DNA of 64,000 bases. It comes from Sphaerodactylus townsendi (Eukaryota). The stretch's first letter is position 1. Each line of letters begins with the position of its first letter. The notes beneath the pieces were generated by a model. The model saw nothing but the letters and a program-made list of their open reading frames with translations. It did not search any database and was not told where the DNA came from. Where the stretch lies: contig NC_059427.1 of NCBI RefSeq assembly GCF_021028975.2, positions 95,728,001-95,792,000 on the forward strand, given 5' to 3'. Shown in pieces: positions 12,311 through 25,572 of the stretch. Both the position numbers and the translations under genes were made by a program.

Positions 12311-13099
12311 CAAGAACTCTAAAGTGCTATGTCTTGGATAAGTTACTTTTAACCCCCCCCCCTCCATAAAATCACTCTGAACAAAATACCATAAAAAAAA
12401 TTCATAAGAACAGAAGAAGACCATTTAGAAAGCCACTAATTAGAAGAGTGAATTTTTTATAAAAGAGACAGCGATGTGTTTTGGCCTGGCACCTTAACAA
12501 AAGTAACGTTGGTGACAAGTGACCCTTGGGGGTATTCCCTAGGCTTTAGAGGCAATATTTTTATTGGCAGAGTGGGTGGAGACAGCCCTTCTGAATGTTG
12601 TTTGTTTCATCTGCAGTTTTCTTCAATTTGCCTGAATTTTATGCTGCTTTTTCTGTTTTCTGAAGCTTCAGTATGTGGTTTTGTCATTTTTATCATTGTT
12701 GGTTGACTTTTGGTATTTTGATGTGTTTAATTACTGCACATGTTTTTCAAAGCAGTTTTCTGTAAAAGTGGCTAAGAAATTGAGAGTTTAAAAAGCACTC
12801 AGTGTACGCGATGCAACCAAATCTGGGTATGCAAAGTTCAGTTACCCTTAATCATGCAGCCTCTCAGTTTGAACTCTGCCTGTGATGTGAAGGCGGCTTT
12901 CTTCACAGCTGGAACTGACATAGAATTCTGCAAAACAAACCACAATAGAGCTTGCCCCCGCCCCCCAAAAAATCTGTAACCATTTTATAACAAATGTGGC
13001 TTATCTGTCAATATTTTGCAAGGCAATAATTTTCTGTCCTCATTCTGAATTTTCCAGTGGTATCCAAATGGACACTATTGACAACCAAGAGTAAGAAGG

Positions 13100-13290
13100 A
13101 ATGCAGTGGCTAAAGCATTCTACAAGACCCTGAGAATCCTGGGTTCAAACCCCCACTCAGTCACAAAGCTCAGCTTGGACCAGTTTCTTTCTCTCAGGTT
13201 CATTTACCTCACATGATTTTTCATAAAGAGAAATGGGAATTTGGATAGCCATGTATGCCATCTTCAGTGGAAGAAAGCTAGAATAAGAAT
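13100..13290 (+). mobile_element. Old MIR/Squam3-like SINE
   Basis: GCAGTGGCTAAAGC A-box, GGTTCAAACCCC B-box, CORE-like TTTACCTCACATGA. Confidence 0.55.
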
Positions 13291-13924
13291 GAGTGGAGGC
13301 TCTTCTCACATTTTGTTTATTTAACTGTTGAGGCCTTTCTATGCTGCATTTGTTCCAGTAGAGCCAAAGCAGTTCACAGAAATTTCCAAACAATTGTCAG
13401 TATAGTTCAAATAATCAGTCAAAGGCAAACTCATCCTAGGCAAGCCCTGGGTCACCAAACTGGCTCTAGTAGGCCTCCATGTTGCAAGCCAGAGTGACAG
13501 CCCTTTACTCTTTCCCTTCCGCTCACACTCAAGGACTCAGCCTCTGGGCATACCTGACCCTTTTACCTCCAGGCAAAGAGACAAAAGCACAGCTGAGATA
13601 TTGTGCAGCAGGTAAGATATTATTCCTGGGTTTAAAAAAAAATTATTTTAAGCTGTGCGCCAAACAATTTTGTACCTGTGCAGTAATTCACTTGTGTTTC
13701 TGTCCAGGCCATGCCTTTATCATAAGTAATAAATAACTACCCTGACTAAACCTTCTCAGTTATCAAAGAGATGAGGCACAAATCCCCTAGTACTTTGTCT
13801 TGGTCAATCAAGTGACCTGCTTGTCTAGCATGGAATAATTTGTAGTTTAAACCCTTTCTGAACCTGAGTCATTGGTCACACTCCTTATGTGTATAGATGA
13901 GAACCAGGTATAGCATGTACTACC

Positions 13925-14380
13925 TGATGTAGCATAGCAACGAAGAGAATGAACTATGAAGGCTGCTGGTTCAAATCTCATTTCTGTACCAAACTCCCTG
14001 AGGTAAATCATTCTCTCATAGCCTGAGTTCCCCCCATGCAAGATGAGGATAATAGAAATATTGACTTGCTGGTAATGTTGCTAAGTAAAAGTTGGGAAAC
14101 TCCTGGAGATTTAATGGTGGAGCCTGGGGATGGGGTGGGTGGGAAGGGGAAGGTCCTCCTAAGGATATAGTGCCATAGGACCTACCCTCCAAATCAGCCA
14201 TCTGCTCCAGGGTAACTAATCTCTGTAGTGTGGAGATTAGTTATAATTCCAGGGGATTGCCAAACCCCACCTACAGGTTGGTAACCCTACTAGGTTGTTG
14301 CAACAAGTCTTGTGATTTGATATGTGATATGATACACTTTGAACACTGAGATTGCTATATAAATGTCCAATATTAGTTTG
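13925..14380 (+). mobile_element. Old MIR-like SINE interrupted by a ~215-bp MITE (14073-14289)
   Basis: B-box GGTTCAAATCTC and CORE-like AAGATGAGGATAATA before the insert, GGTTGTTG...CACTTTGAACAC after it; the insert ends GGTAACCCTA and matches 59224-59441. Confidence 0.6.
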
Positions 14381-14400
14381 ATTAATTAATTTGATTCAGA

Positions 14401-14670
14401 GACAGCATGGCGTAGTGATTAACGTGTCAAACAAGGTTCTGGGAAACCCAAACCCAGGTTTGAATCCTCACTCTGCCATGAAAACTCATTGGTTGTACTT
14501 GGGCAGTCACATACAGCCTCAACCCTGGCAAGTATTTGGATGGGAGCAAGGAATACCAAGGATATGACATGGAGACATCCAATGGCAAACCACTGATGAA
14601 CGTCTCTTGTCTTGAAAACCCCACAGGGTCCCCATATGTCAGTTGTGCCTTGACAGCAAAATACATACAC
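14401..14670 (+). mobile_element. Composite SINE: tRNA/CORE head plus 5S-derived segment plus RTE-type tail
   Basis: GCATGGCGTAGTGATT...GGTTTGAATCC...GGGCAGTCAC, then CCCTGGCAAGTATTTGGATGGGAG (5S-like), then AATGGCAAACCACTG...CTTGAAAACCCCAC. Confidence 0.6.
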
Positions 14671-17349
14671 ATTAATTTGATTTCCTTACAGTTAATAGGC
14701 AGGGTATTTTATGGTAAAGGAAGAACAATTTTTAAATTTTAGTCCCACTGATTTCCATAGGGAAATTATACATAAACTAAAATACCTCCCATTAAACTGT
14801 TTAGCTGGATTTCGCCTTAAGCTTTAAAGCATGGCTGGATTTTCAAAGGGAAAGGTTTCGAAATGCAAAATTGACTCCCGCATTTTAGTATCAAATGTCA
14901 AATATGTATCAAATGTCAATCAAGTTCCTTCTATTTTGACAACTTTCCAAAGTTGCCCTTGGTGGCATATCTTAGTGTCTTCAAATTATATATCTATATA
15001 TATACCACATTTTATCAAAGCACAGTTCATCTCACTCCTTGGCTCGCATATGGAGTAACTGCAAATATTCACAAGGTGTAAATTAGCCAGGGACAATAAC
15101 TAGTCAGATTGCCTCTGAGGCAAAAAAACAAATGAATAGTTTGCCTTATTAATCACATGCCACCTTCATCTTTGATGTCTTGATGTTCCAGTTTTGGTGC
15201 TCCATTAAGCAACCTTGAGTGACTGCTGCTGCAACCTCCGCAAAACCAGAAATTGGGTTGGCAGCATATTTCAGGACTTCAAAGGCGGTAAATTACCTTG
15301 AGATTGTTTCATTAAAGCACCCTTCCCAGTGTGAACAGCAATAACAGAAGAATCAAGATCAAAGAAGCATCCATCTTTCTAGATTTGTTACATAGAAAAT
15401 TACATGCTGAGGGTGTCTTTTTCACAAATCATCTAGTCTCCCATTCCAGTAAGAATGGTTCCAATTAGGCTAGAAGCCTCCCTGACAGCTCAGAGGGTTA
15501 TGATTGTCATTACTGTGGGAGTGTAAGCTTTTCCTCTCCTCCCCTTCTGTAGAGCTAGCAAAGGCTGTGATGTGTCTCTTGAGTCTAATTAGAAACAATT
15601 ACACTGATTAGCTAATTACAGGCAATAGTCAAATGTTCAGAAAAAACTTTTACCAGGCTCCCCTATTTATATAGCTATTTTGATTATTTGTCCACGTTCC
15701 CTTTGGCTGTCTGACTTCACAAGATCCTTACCCCACAGCCTCCTCCCAATGAGAAACTGCCACAAGAGAAACTTCAGCAAAACTCACATGGAGGCAGACT
15801 AGGTGGTGCACATAGAAAGGGCTTCTGGCAAAACCCCTGATTGGTCTCCTCCTTGATGTGATGCAGCCGACAAACGAAGGTAATCTACAATCTGACTTTG
15901 TGAAGATTTAATGTTATTCTCCAACTCAGCACTGCAGGCACAGACTATAATTTCCTTACAGTGGCTAAATAAGTTATTATTAGCCAAGTTCAGTTACCAA
16001 CATTTCCTTAAAGAAACAATTGGGAGGAGGGGGAATGTAAGCACGATCTCTCTAGGTTGCAGTGAAACTCCTCTGGGAAGAACGCACAAATGTACAAATC
16101 AGTACATTGCTTCTGAGTCATGTCTAGGTAATATTCAACAGGGTGGGCACAAAGAGACAGGGTTAAGCCAAAATGGTGATGGGATGTCGTATAATCATCT
16201 CACTATTTTGGCCCACCTTCTCACTGGCAAGGAGCTGTTCCTGTCAGTTTCAGAAGGTGGCAAAATGTGGTAGCTGTTGGGCAAAGGTGCTTTTATTAGG
16301 TAATTCAGTAACCCCTTTTTTCTCCCTGCCAGGGAAACAGGACAGCTCACAAAAAAACCCAGTTGTTGGGATTTTAATTTTTTAAATTAAAAAATCAGCA
16401 GTTCAAGCAATCAAGATATAAGCAAAGGATAGTGTGCTTGTGTGTGGGGGGAGCCTATGCCAAACCCTGTGTGCAGGCTGTCTCACTCAGTGGTCACAAG
16501 TTGCAAACCACAGGCTAAGAGCCAAGGGCCCTTTGCATGAAAAGGCTTTGTCTTTGGCCACACCCAGACTTTGTAACTGCAGACAGGAAGGAGACAGAAA
16601 CATAGCTGAGATGTCAAGTGGCTGACAAAACATTCCCCCAACAATTCCTGTCCTCGGAAGGCTTCTGGCCATGCCCAGGATAAACTGCTGTTGTAGCCTA
16701 TTGTGTAATCTTCTTAACAGGCATGTTGCCTCTGTGTTACTTATAGTGTACATGTTATTGGGTAAGGGCTTTGATCTGAAGATCCCTCTGATCCCTTCTC
16801 CTTTTCTGCTTTTCCTCCTTCCTGTCCTCAGCTGGCTTCACATGATCAAGCGATGCCCCCCTCCCCCCCCACACACCTGGTATCCTTTCAGTGGAATTGT
16901 GATCAGTTAATGTAGTATAAAACTGTCAGCATGAACAGGCATATATCCAACAGTTTCCAAACGCCCTAAAATATAAAACAATGATAATATTTATAATATT
17001 TTTATCATATACAATTACAATGTGTGTAACATTTATATAATGCTTTAGGGCAGTGACCTTTAACCTTTTCAGACTCAGGCCCACTCTTAATTTTCAGGCG
17101 GGCAGCATAGATTCCTAAGTGGTGAGCAGGTAACAGTAAGTCAAGTGACAGGAAGAGGAAGAAGCTGACATATTTCCCCCCACAACAGAGTTCTGATCTC
17201 ACCAACAGGGTGAATGTTTCTGTGCCACAAGTATATGTTGACTATCACAAGACATACTGGCAGGATCATCTGATGGCTGGGCTCAGGGAAAAGAGAGAAG
17301 GAAAAAGAGAACTTTTACATGTCTGGACATTAGAGTTCTGACTGACTGC

Positions 17350-17375
17350 AGTGTGTGTGTGTGTGTGTGTGTGTG
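17350..17375. repeat. (GT)n microsatellite
   Basis: About 12 GT units. Confidence 0.95.
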
Positions 17376-19036
17376 GTAGAGGGGGAAGAGCTAGAAAGCA
17401 AAGAATAGACTTTGTGGAGGGGGGAAATCTGTGAAACTGTCTTTGCCATAAAGGAATTCACTGTACCGCTGAGTGACCCTTGTCTTGCTTCCCTGTGTTC
17501 TTCTCAGGCAAAAGAACATGATGCCCTTGCTCTCTATGCATGCTCAGGTCCTTCCAAAAGCTGCAATTTAAAAAATGCAGCTGTATAGAACCATGCAACA
17601 CAGCTGATAAATGTCCAACTCAGTGGTTGGAAGCCACTGCTGTAATGAATGGTGCTGTGACCCTCAAAAGCTTATAGCTCAAATTAAGGTGCTGCTGGGC
17701 TTGAATATTGTTCTTCCACTGCTTTTGTGTGTTCTAAGTTCATACATCATTTTGTTACTGTAATCCTTACACCAGCCCTGTAAGATAGGTCGATCCTGTT
17801 AGCCATGTATTGAAGACAAGAGATTGTTCAACATATTACAATTTTTTTTTAAAAAAGACACTAGAAGTAGATGATCATAATGTTCTTTTTTTCATCATCT
17901 AAAAATTGTATGATCTTGCATCCATGTGGTGTATACAATTACAGATTCATACTGAAATGAACTGGTGAAAAACATATAGTTCTAGAAGCCATTGCAATAG
18001 AATTGCACATGCTACAGCTTATGTTTGTGATGTTCATCTCTTAAAATAGACAAAATAAGGGTTGATTCCCAAATTCTGACCTCATAACATACTCCATTGG
18101 TGACTCTTGCATACGATTTTATTTTAAGAAGAGCTGAAATTTTTTTAGAAAATCATTTGGGGATTACTGTTCTTTAGCTCTCAATTCTTTTCCTCCTGGG
18201 ATTTTCTAAGGCCAGAAAAAGGAGTAATATAATTTTCCTTTGACTAGGCAATTAGTTACCAGGGATAATTGTAAAAAAAAAATTAGTTGTCTGTGAGAGA
18301 AGGCCAATAGTAAATATTTTAATATTTTATCATGTCTGCTGGTATATGTTTTTGTACTCAACCTGAGTGTTTGCAGTAATAGTGAGTAAATATAAAATCC
18401 AGTACATTAGGGCAAAATCCAGCCAAAGGATTAGATTGAATCCTATGAACTATGTGAACAAAATGAACACCGAGGAAGATACTCCTTGCCTCCCCAAGCA
18501 GGTGTGCAGTAAGTTTTACTCCAGAAAACATTTGATGAAGGGTAAACTGTTTTAGCAGATTTTAATGCATTTTTAGTTCTCTGCATTTTTAATTTTTGTG
18601 ATTTTTTTAGTGCTTCCAAGTTTGTGTTTTCTTAATTGTGTGGCTTTAAATATGTGCATTGTGTAATTCTGTGCTCTAAATCTGTGATGAGTGCATTAAC
18701 AAAATTCTGTGTGTTTTAATCTGGGCATTTTAAATCTTGCTAGATGGACTGCAGTGTTTTGGGGCCTTGTAACCTGGTGCTGCAATGATAGCCACTTTGA
18801 ATCAGAGGAGAAAAAGCAGAATATAAACTTTTAAAGCCTTTTTCACACAAGTCACCTAGAACGTTTCCAAAATGTTTTGATTTCCCCCCTTTACCAAAAA
18901 AATTTTTTGCACTCACCGCTTCCAAATGTTTCATGGCTTCTGTGTGGTTTTTTTTTTTTGGTCTTATTCATTTAAACAATGTTTGATCGATTCATTGCTC
19001 TGATTCTCTGTAGTTCCATTTAATTTGTGCTTCATT

Positions 19037-19798
19037 GGCCAATTTTCCACAGTAAAAATGCCCCGTGGTTAGCATGGAGAATACTCTGGTGCAGCTGGGA
19101 GATCTCCACAGCTCCTGGTGCTGCAGAATGTCTGTCATTTTGTTGCCCTGGCACCACCCTGCAGTATTGGCTTTGCTTGGTGAATGTCAAGAGCCACCAA
19201 ATTTGAGGTTCTTTTGAAATGCCCCTTTGTTGCTCTGGTGCTTTCTGCTGCTGTGAAAAACTCCATGGGGCCATTTTTCCTGCCTTGTTGCTCTGGGCCA
19301 CCCCATCAATCAACAGGCGCTGGAAATTGGCACCCTTCCCCCGCTCTTTGCAGTGGAAAAAAACACAGAGGGAGAAACCTTGGTTTTTAGTCAGAAAAGT
19401 GGCGTGTGCAGGCACCACAAACACAAGAGCAGTGATTCTCTCACACATGCAAGGATTTTAGATATAGATTTTAGACAGGGAGGGGGTGGAGGATGGCGAT
19501 TCCCTTGCACACACAAGGATTTTTTTTGGGGGGGGGCGAGAGTGCCAATTCTCAGCCAATGAGAATGTGGGAAACGGAGGTTGTCCATGCATGCATGGAA
19601 GACATTGCAGAAGAGCTCACGGTGCAAATTGAGAAGCATTGGGCTTGTGAAGAAACAGTTGGGGCATAACACGCTGGCCCTGCCTCAAAACCCAGGAAGA
19701 ACTGGGGAGCAGTAAAGAATCAAAAGCAGGGCAAAAAGCGCCACGGCAGGTATGCTCCTGGATCTACTATGGGTCATTTTGACCATGAAAAATTGGCC
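19037..19798. mobile_element. Older PIF/Harbinger-type non-autonomous element
   Basis: Imperfect TIRs GGCCAATTTTCCACAGTAAAAATGCCCC / GGGTCATTTTGACCATGAAAAATTGGCC with a 3-bp TSD ATT on both sides. Confidence 0.7.
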
Positions 19799-20295
19799 AT
19801 TGATTCAACCAAGCATCCCACCCACCCCCACACAAATGGTGAAAATAGAGGCTAGAGAGAAACGAGTGAGATGAGTAATGTGAAAAAATGGCACCAAGGA
19901 GAAGCTGGGCGATGTCACAGAGGGATGGAATTTGGGAGTGGGAAAGTGTTTTAAATATGACCACATGGGGAGGGAAGCTGGCTCTGAAATATTTCAGCAG
20001 AAAGAATTGTTGTAAAAGCCTTTTCAAAACCAATAGAGAAAAAACTGCTTGGAAACATTTTTGGAACCAAAGCGGGGGGATACCATGGAACTCCACAGAG
20101 GAAACATTTTATTTCCAGCCTGAAAACATTGTATGTTTCTTGTGTGGAAAGGACCTTAAAGAAACAAATCCCGTGACAACCCAGCATCACCTTTTCAGAG
20201 GCTATACTTATTTGCCTAATGAAATCAAATATAATTAAATAAGTGAACGCTGAATAGCTTTGAGATTTCAGAAGACAGGATCTGACCATGCCTAA

Positions 20296-20297
<2 letters not shown>

Positions 20298-20381
<84 letters not shown>
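20298..20381. repeat. Compound (TC)n(AC)n microsatellite
   Basis: Direct reading. Confidence 0.97.
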
Positions 20382-20383
<2 letters not shown>

Positions 20384-21094
20384 GCGCATTTTATCTTTTC
20401 GTAGGTATTTACATTTCCTCTGCTGCTAATTCATACATACAAATCTCAAGTTTTCTGTAGTACCTCTGCCCTCTGCTCCTGTATTCTTGCACTGAGTACG
20501 AGTTGACTTGGTAATTGAGGTCACATTTCCGTGTTTAGTGAAGGAAACCAGTGCAGCATACTTAAGGAAATTCAGCTCTGCTGTACATGTTTGTCAGCAC
20601 CTGATTGCCAACATGATGATGGTGATCAGATGTTGTTTGAGAATTTGGATATACTGATTGGTTTTGATAACCTTAAATTAACAGCTGGATTTATAGCTTG
20701 TAAATATTCTTTGTGGGGAATTCTCACATCCCAAGCATAATTGCTTCTTCCTGCCACGACTTCATTCATGAATCTGAACCCTGTGAGATTATCCCCAGGA
20801 TGCAGCTTGTGCAGCCTTTGCTAAGAAGAGGCCAATCAATTCACACTTTCAGATCTTTCACACAGATTGATTAAGCTGCATGCAATAGTGACCACTGAAA
20901 TGTGTCTGTAATGGTACCATGAGTGTGTTTATAATAAAGAGTCTTTTGTCTCACATCCAACTGGCCATTCCCCAACACATACATAAATACACATGCATAA
21001 ATACATTAAAAAGCAGACTTCCTTTGACACTTCTTCAAGGAGGGATGGGCTAAAAATGTACTCTTGTTTCTAACACACAACTCCTCTCCACACT

Positions 21095-21440
21095 GATCCA
21101 TGCTTTTCTTGCCTTGTAATTGGATTACTGCAATGTGCTGTATGTTGGACTGCCCTTGAAGGCAAGCCAGAAACTTAAAGTGGCTATGAACATGGCATCC
21201 TGACTACCATTTGGGAGCTAGCAAATGGAAATATGTCTTGCCCAATTTTAGACAGCTATACTGGCTGTTAGTTTCTGAGTGGAGCTGCCACACCAATCCA
21301 TAATTTTGTTACCTTGAGTTTGGATTACTGTAATGCCCTTGAAAACAACCTGGAGACCACAACTGGTTCATAACATGGCAGCCGGACTAAAGTCAGAGGT
21401 TAGCTGATGGGTATACTTCTTGCCTGTTTTGATTTGGCTT
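21095..21440 (+). mobile_element. Two L2-clade LINE fragments
   Basis: LDYCNVLYVGLPLKASQKLK and LDYCNA...QLVHNMAA, matching the L2 ORF2 C-terminal motif RLDYCNxLxxGLP. Confidence 0.7.
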
Positions 21441-21449
21441 TAAAAAGTG

Positions 21450-22870
21450 TGCTGCAATAGAAATAAAAGAAGGCAAAATTGCGAGCATTAATGGAATCGA
21501 AATGTCAAATAATCAGGTTAAAGCCTATAAAATTGGGGCATTTTACAGTCAGATAACATCAAGCTTGAGCCACTCAAGAAGGTTGTCAGTAAATAATATA
21601 TTCAGAGTTAGAAAATTGTTGAAGACAAAATTAAATGGTGGAAAGACCATTAAAGCCCTTAATACCTGGACTGTTCTTGTTATACAATACACCGCTGGAA
21701 TTATTAGACACAAGGTGAACTTGATAGTCTGGATCGAAAAGCAAGAAAATTTAGGACTATTTACTATGCACTGCACCCTTATGGCTGATTCAAACTAAGA
21801 ACCAGAACTTATTGAAAGCACAAGAAACAAACTGTGAATACCCTAGTACATTAAGAAACATGTGAACAGAAAGCTGGCAAAGAAAAGCACTACATAGTCA
21901 ATATCTGGAGAAGGTCAAAAGCAAAGTTGACAAAGATAAAACCTGGCAATGGTTTACACTGGAGAAAGAAACTGAAGGCTTGATTTTAGCCGATTAAAAC
22001 AAGCTATGGCCGTTTCCGCACGGCGGCGGAAACAGCTGGGTCGGCGCATTCCGCGCCGACCCGAAGACGCTGGGACCGTCCGCACGGACGGTCCTGGGAA
22101 GAGGCGGGACGCCATTTAATGGAGCGAAGCGGTACCGGCCGACCCGGCTTGTCAAAGCACTTTGAATTCGGCATCGCCGGGCCGAGGCTCAGGGACACGC
22201 CTCTGGTTCCAGCCACCGCTCCGCAGCGCAGGCTGGGGTATTGTTCCCAGGCTCGGCGACGCCGAGGCCCAGGGACAAGGTGTAAGTGCCAGGTGGGAGG
22301 GTGGCGTGAAGCCGCCGCCGCTCGGGCCGGCAGTGGTTTCCATGGCGGCAAGATTCTAAAAAAAGAACGCTTCCCAGCTTGGGAATAATACCGGCTTCAG
22401 GCCGCCGGGCGGTGGTGGCGAAGGCGCTTGTGCAGCTGTGCCTCGGTATAATGGCGGCCTGGAGACGGCGTTAATTGCCTCCAGGTCAGCCATTTTCTGC
22501 CCGTGCGGAAACGGCCTTTGAGAAGAAATGCAATTAAAGCCAGAATTGAAAAGTCAGGAACGGATTCAAAATGCAGATCGGGCAGAATAGCAGAAGAAAC
22601 AGAAGCAGAATAGCAGAAGAAACACCTACTAAGTTCATGTAAGAAGATCACACAAACTCATTATGAACTACAGCATAACACAGTTGCTAAAATGATTCAC
22701 TGGAACAGCTGTAAAAATTATCATTTGCTAACAGAAAATGTAGCTGAAAAGGAGCAAGTCAAAAATATTATGGAACTTCTGAATACAAACAGATAAAGTA
22801 TTGGTTCATAATGCACTGGATGTAATAGTTGTATTTTTACAAAGGTGTAGATAATTGAGATAGCAGTACC
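21450..22870 (+). mobile_element. R4/Dong-clade non-LTR retrotransposon, degenerate, interrupted by a MITE
   Basis: RVRKLLKTKLNGGKTIKALNTW..YTAGII; WQRKALHSQY; KETEGLILA..QALRRNAIKARIEK (restored across the insert); HNTVAKMIHWN; IQTDK. Related 3' fragment at ~23820-24050. Confidence 0.8.
22008..22516. mobile_element. Young CpG-rich PIF/Harbinger-type MITE
   Basis: Perfect 16-bp TIR GGCCGTTTCCGCACGG, 3-bp flanks TAT/TTT; its removal restores the R4 reading frame. Confidence 0.9.
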
Positions 22871-23819
22871 CCATCTAAGGCTCTTGTGGTTACCTCAAAT
22901 TGGCCAGTGGTTCTAATATATTGCTGGCCTCATATGGATATCACTTTTACCTGATGGAAAACTATTGGTTCAAAGTCTTTACTCCTATTCAACACCTTTA
23001 TAGTTTACCTCCCCTCAAGATTATTAAAACCTGGGACTATAATACAATTTGTGAATGGGTAAACAGTGAGAAAGCATGTAAGAACATTCAGTTTGCTCAG
23101 AATTCAAAGTTTTCAAAATGGCATTCTCATGTTAAGCCAGTGTAAAAACTCTCATGGTATTTAACTGAGTTTATGGATGCATCACTAAGGAGAGCATTTA
23201 CAAGTGCCCAATTTCAGTCAATGTCCTTGGCTTATGTTCAAGGCAGATGTAGTAAAATCACTCCTGATCTTTGATTCTGCCCACATGCCTTAACCAGGTA
23301 GAAAATGTTGCCTACTTTTTTTCTATTGTTCATTGTATGACAGCATTCAATCTAGACTGTGTCAAGTTGTTCCACAATCTTTGGCGTCAGATGAGGATTG
23401 CATCTATTCTATTTTGCCAGATGGAAACCCAGTGATTACATATAGGGTTGCCTCTTTTATGTATTTATCAATTTAATTAAGAAAAAAGATTTGTGCTTAT
23501 CAACCCACAAAAATAGATATGTCAGTCCTGGAATGTCAGTCCTGGAATGTGGCGCAGAACATCATGCCAGTGTCCCAAAGCCCTTGCCACCCTGGCATAG
23601 CAGGACTGGGCTAGGTGTGGTCTCATTCTAGCTTCTTTGCTGGCATTATGCCAGCAGGCCCTACCTCAAACTTAAGCCACCAGAAATATGGCATAAGTCC
23701 ATTAAAGTCCATGGAGGTGACTCGGTAATGGAGAGGCTTTTTGTTTGATGAGCCTCTCCACGCCATTGGGAAGCCTCTATGGAATTGGTGGGATGGTGCT
23801 GTACAATTGCTGTGACCCA

Positions 23820-24050
23820 TCACCAGCAGTTGTGGTCCCTGTGATTGTTGGCACACTGGGAGCCATATCAACAAGCTTAGATGGCACTTGAACAATCTAC
23901 ATATTGATAAATCTCCATCTGTCAATTACAAAAGGCCACATTTTTTTAGATCCACATATATATTCTTGATTCATTACAACATCCTAGGTTCTTGGGAAGA
24001 ACTCAATGCATATGAAGACCAACACCAGCTGAAGATCTGATATGTGATTT
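23820..24050 (+). mobile_element. R4/Dong 3' end fragment
   Basis: VVPVIVGTLGAI motif; similar to the reverse complement of 30142-30360. Confidence 0.7.
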
Positions 24051-25052
24051 CATAAAATATTGTGGCTTCGTTGTGTTTTTTATGCTTTTAATCTTGGAAT
24101 TTTAAGCTGCTTTGTAAAAGATTTGATATAACTGTTTTGTTAGAGAGATTTCTATGAGAATTTCTGTTGCTGTTCATTTGCCCTGTTGCTTTTGTATTAT
24201 ATTGGTATTCAGGATATTTCTTGAATTATATTCAGTCATAAGACTCTCAAGCAGTATATAAGATAAAATTACACAATAATGATTAGCCATTAAGTGCATT
24301 TAAAACATAACTATTTAAAAAATGAACTTAACACACTCTGAGTTGGATTCAGTGATCATGGATGCAAGGATCAAAAATCTAGTCTGCATTTCCCTCCCGC
24401 ACATATTAGATCAGGAGGCTGCAGTGAGAAGGGGTAAGGCAATGAAATTGTCCTCTCCTCCAGTTAGTAGAACTGGGGTATTTTCTTAGAAAAGGACTAT
24501 TGGGAGGAGGAGAAAATAGTAAAGATCTATGACCATTGATATGTCTGCTGATTGATAGTGAGATCCAGCCTCTGGGTCAGAAAAATAATGAATCCAAGAA
24601 AGTTCTTCCAACTTCTGGCCAGTTTTCTAGACACATTTGGAAATCTGTGGTTATGCTTTGCTTTCAGTATAGACTTCCCTGCTGCACCTTTAAAGTTCCA
24701 TTAACCAAGGCATCAAAGCTAAGGAAGAGGCAGCAATGACTCAACATATATAAATGTCTGATAGGCACACCATCCAGCCAGATCATGTAGGTCATGTTCA
24801 TCTGAAAGAGGAGTGTTCCTGATTAGCATTTCTGTACATAGCATTTTCAACAATCATACTGCTGCCTCACAGGCTTTTGGAGTGCTCTTATTCTATACAA
24901 GCAAAGGGCATGCTTGCTAGAGAAGCATCAGTTTGACTGCAGAATGCTTCAGTGGAAGAAATCATAATGGGGAGAAGGAGAGAGATAAAACCTTTGCTTG
25001 CACCCACCGAAAGACAAAAGGGATGTTGTTCTGTATGAATAAGAGCATCTAA

Positions 25053-25572
25053 GGCCGTTTCCGCAAGGAAGTTATTACTGGGCTTGGTCGGCATATACAA
25101 CGCCGAATCTGAACCTCCCCTGACCGCCGCAACGAACGCATCCCAGAAACAGCCGGGAAGATCGCGCTCGCTGAGCCACGCTCGGTCGCGACTACAGCTC
25201 GCGGGCCATCCGAAGGAAGCCGTCGCAGGTCTGGGGACATGTCCCTGCCCTCTGCGCATTCGTTCAGCGCCGCGAGAGGGCAGGGCTGCGGTCCCCAGGC
25301 CCTCGCGACGCGGCTGGACGCCACAGAACCGTAGGTGGACGGTGCAAAGGGGAGGGAGGGCACCGGAAGCCCTCTATCACCGTCAAGACAGCAGCAGCTT
25401 CGGCGCCGCCGCTTCCATAAACCCTACCAGGAAGTTTAGGTAGGAAACGGGCTGCTTCACACCGCTTACGCGCTGGGCTGCAAAGCAGCTGCCCCCCCTG
25501 TGCAAACAGCTCCCTGGGGACGGTGTTTTTGCCATCCCCAGGGCGCCGTATTTGGCCCATGCGAAAAGGGCC
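25053..25572. mobile_element. CpG-rich PIF/Harbinger-type MITE
   Basis: Ends GGCCGTTTCCGCA / TGCGAAAAGGGCC with TSD TAA on both sides. Confidence 0.88.

Noticed and set aside
22004-22651. Overlapping GC-rich ORFs / apparent CpG-island promoter (also 24888-25560)
   Set aside because: Largely confined between TIRs with 3-bp flanking duplications; ORFs arise from low stop-codon frequency at high GC.
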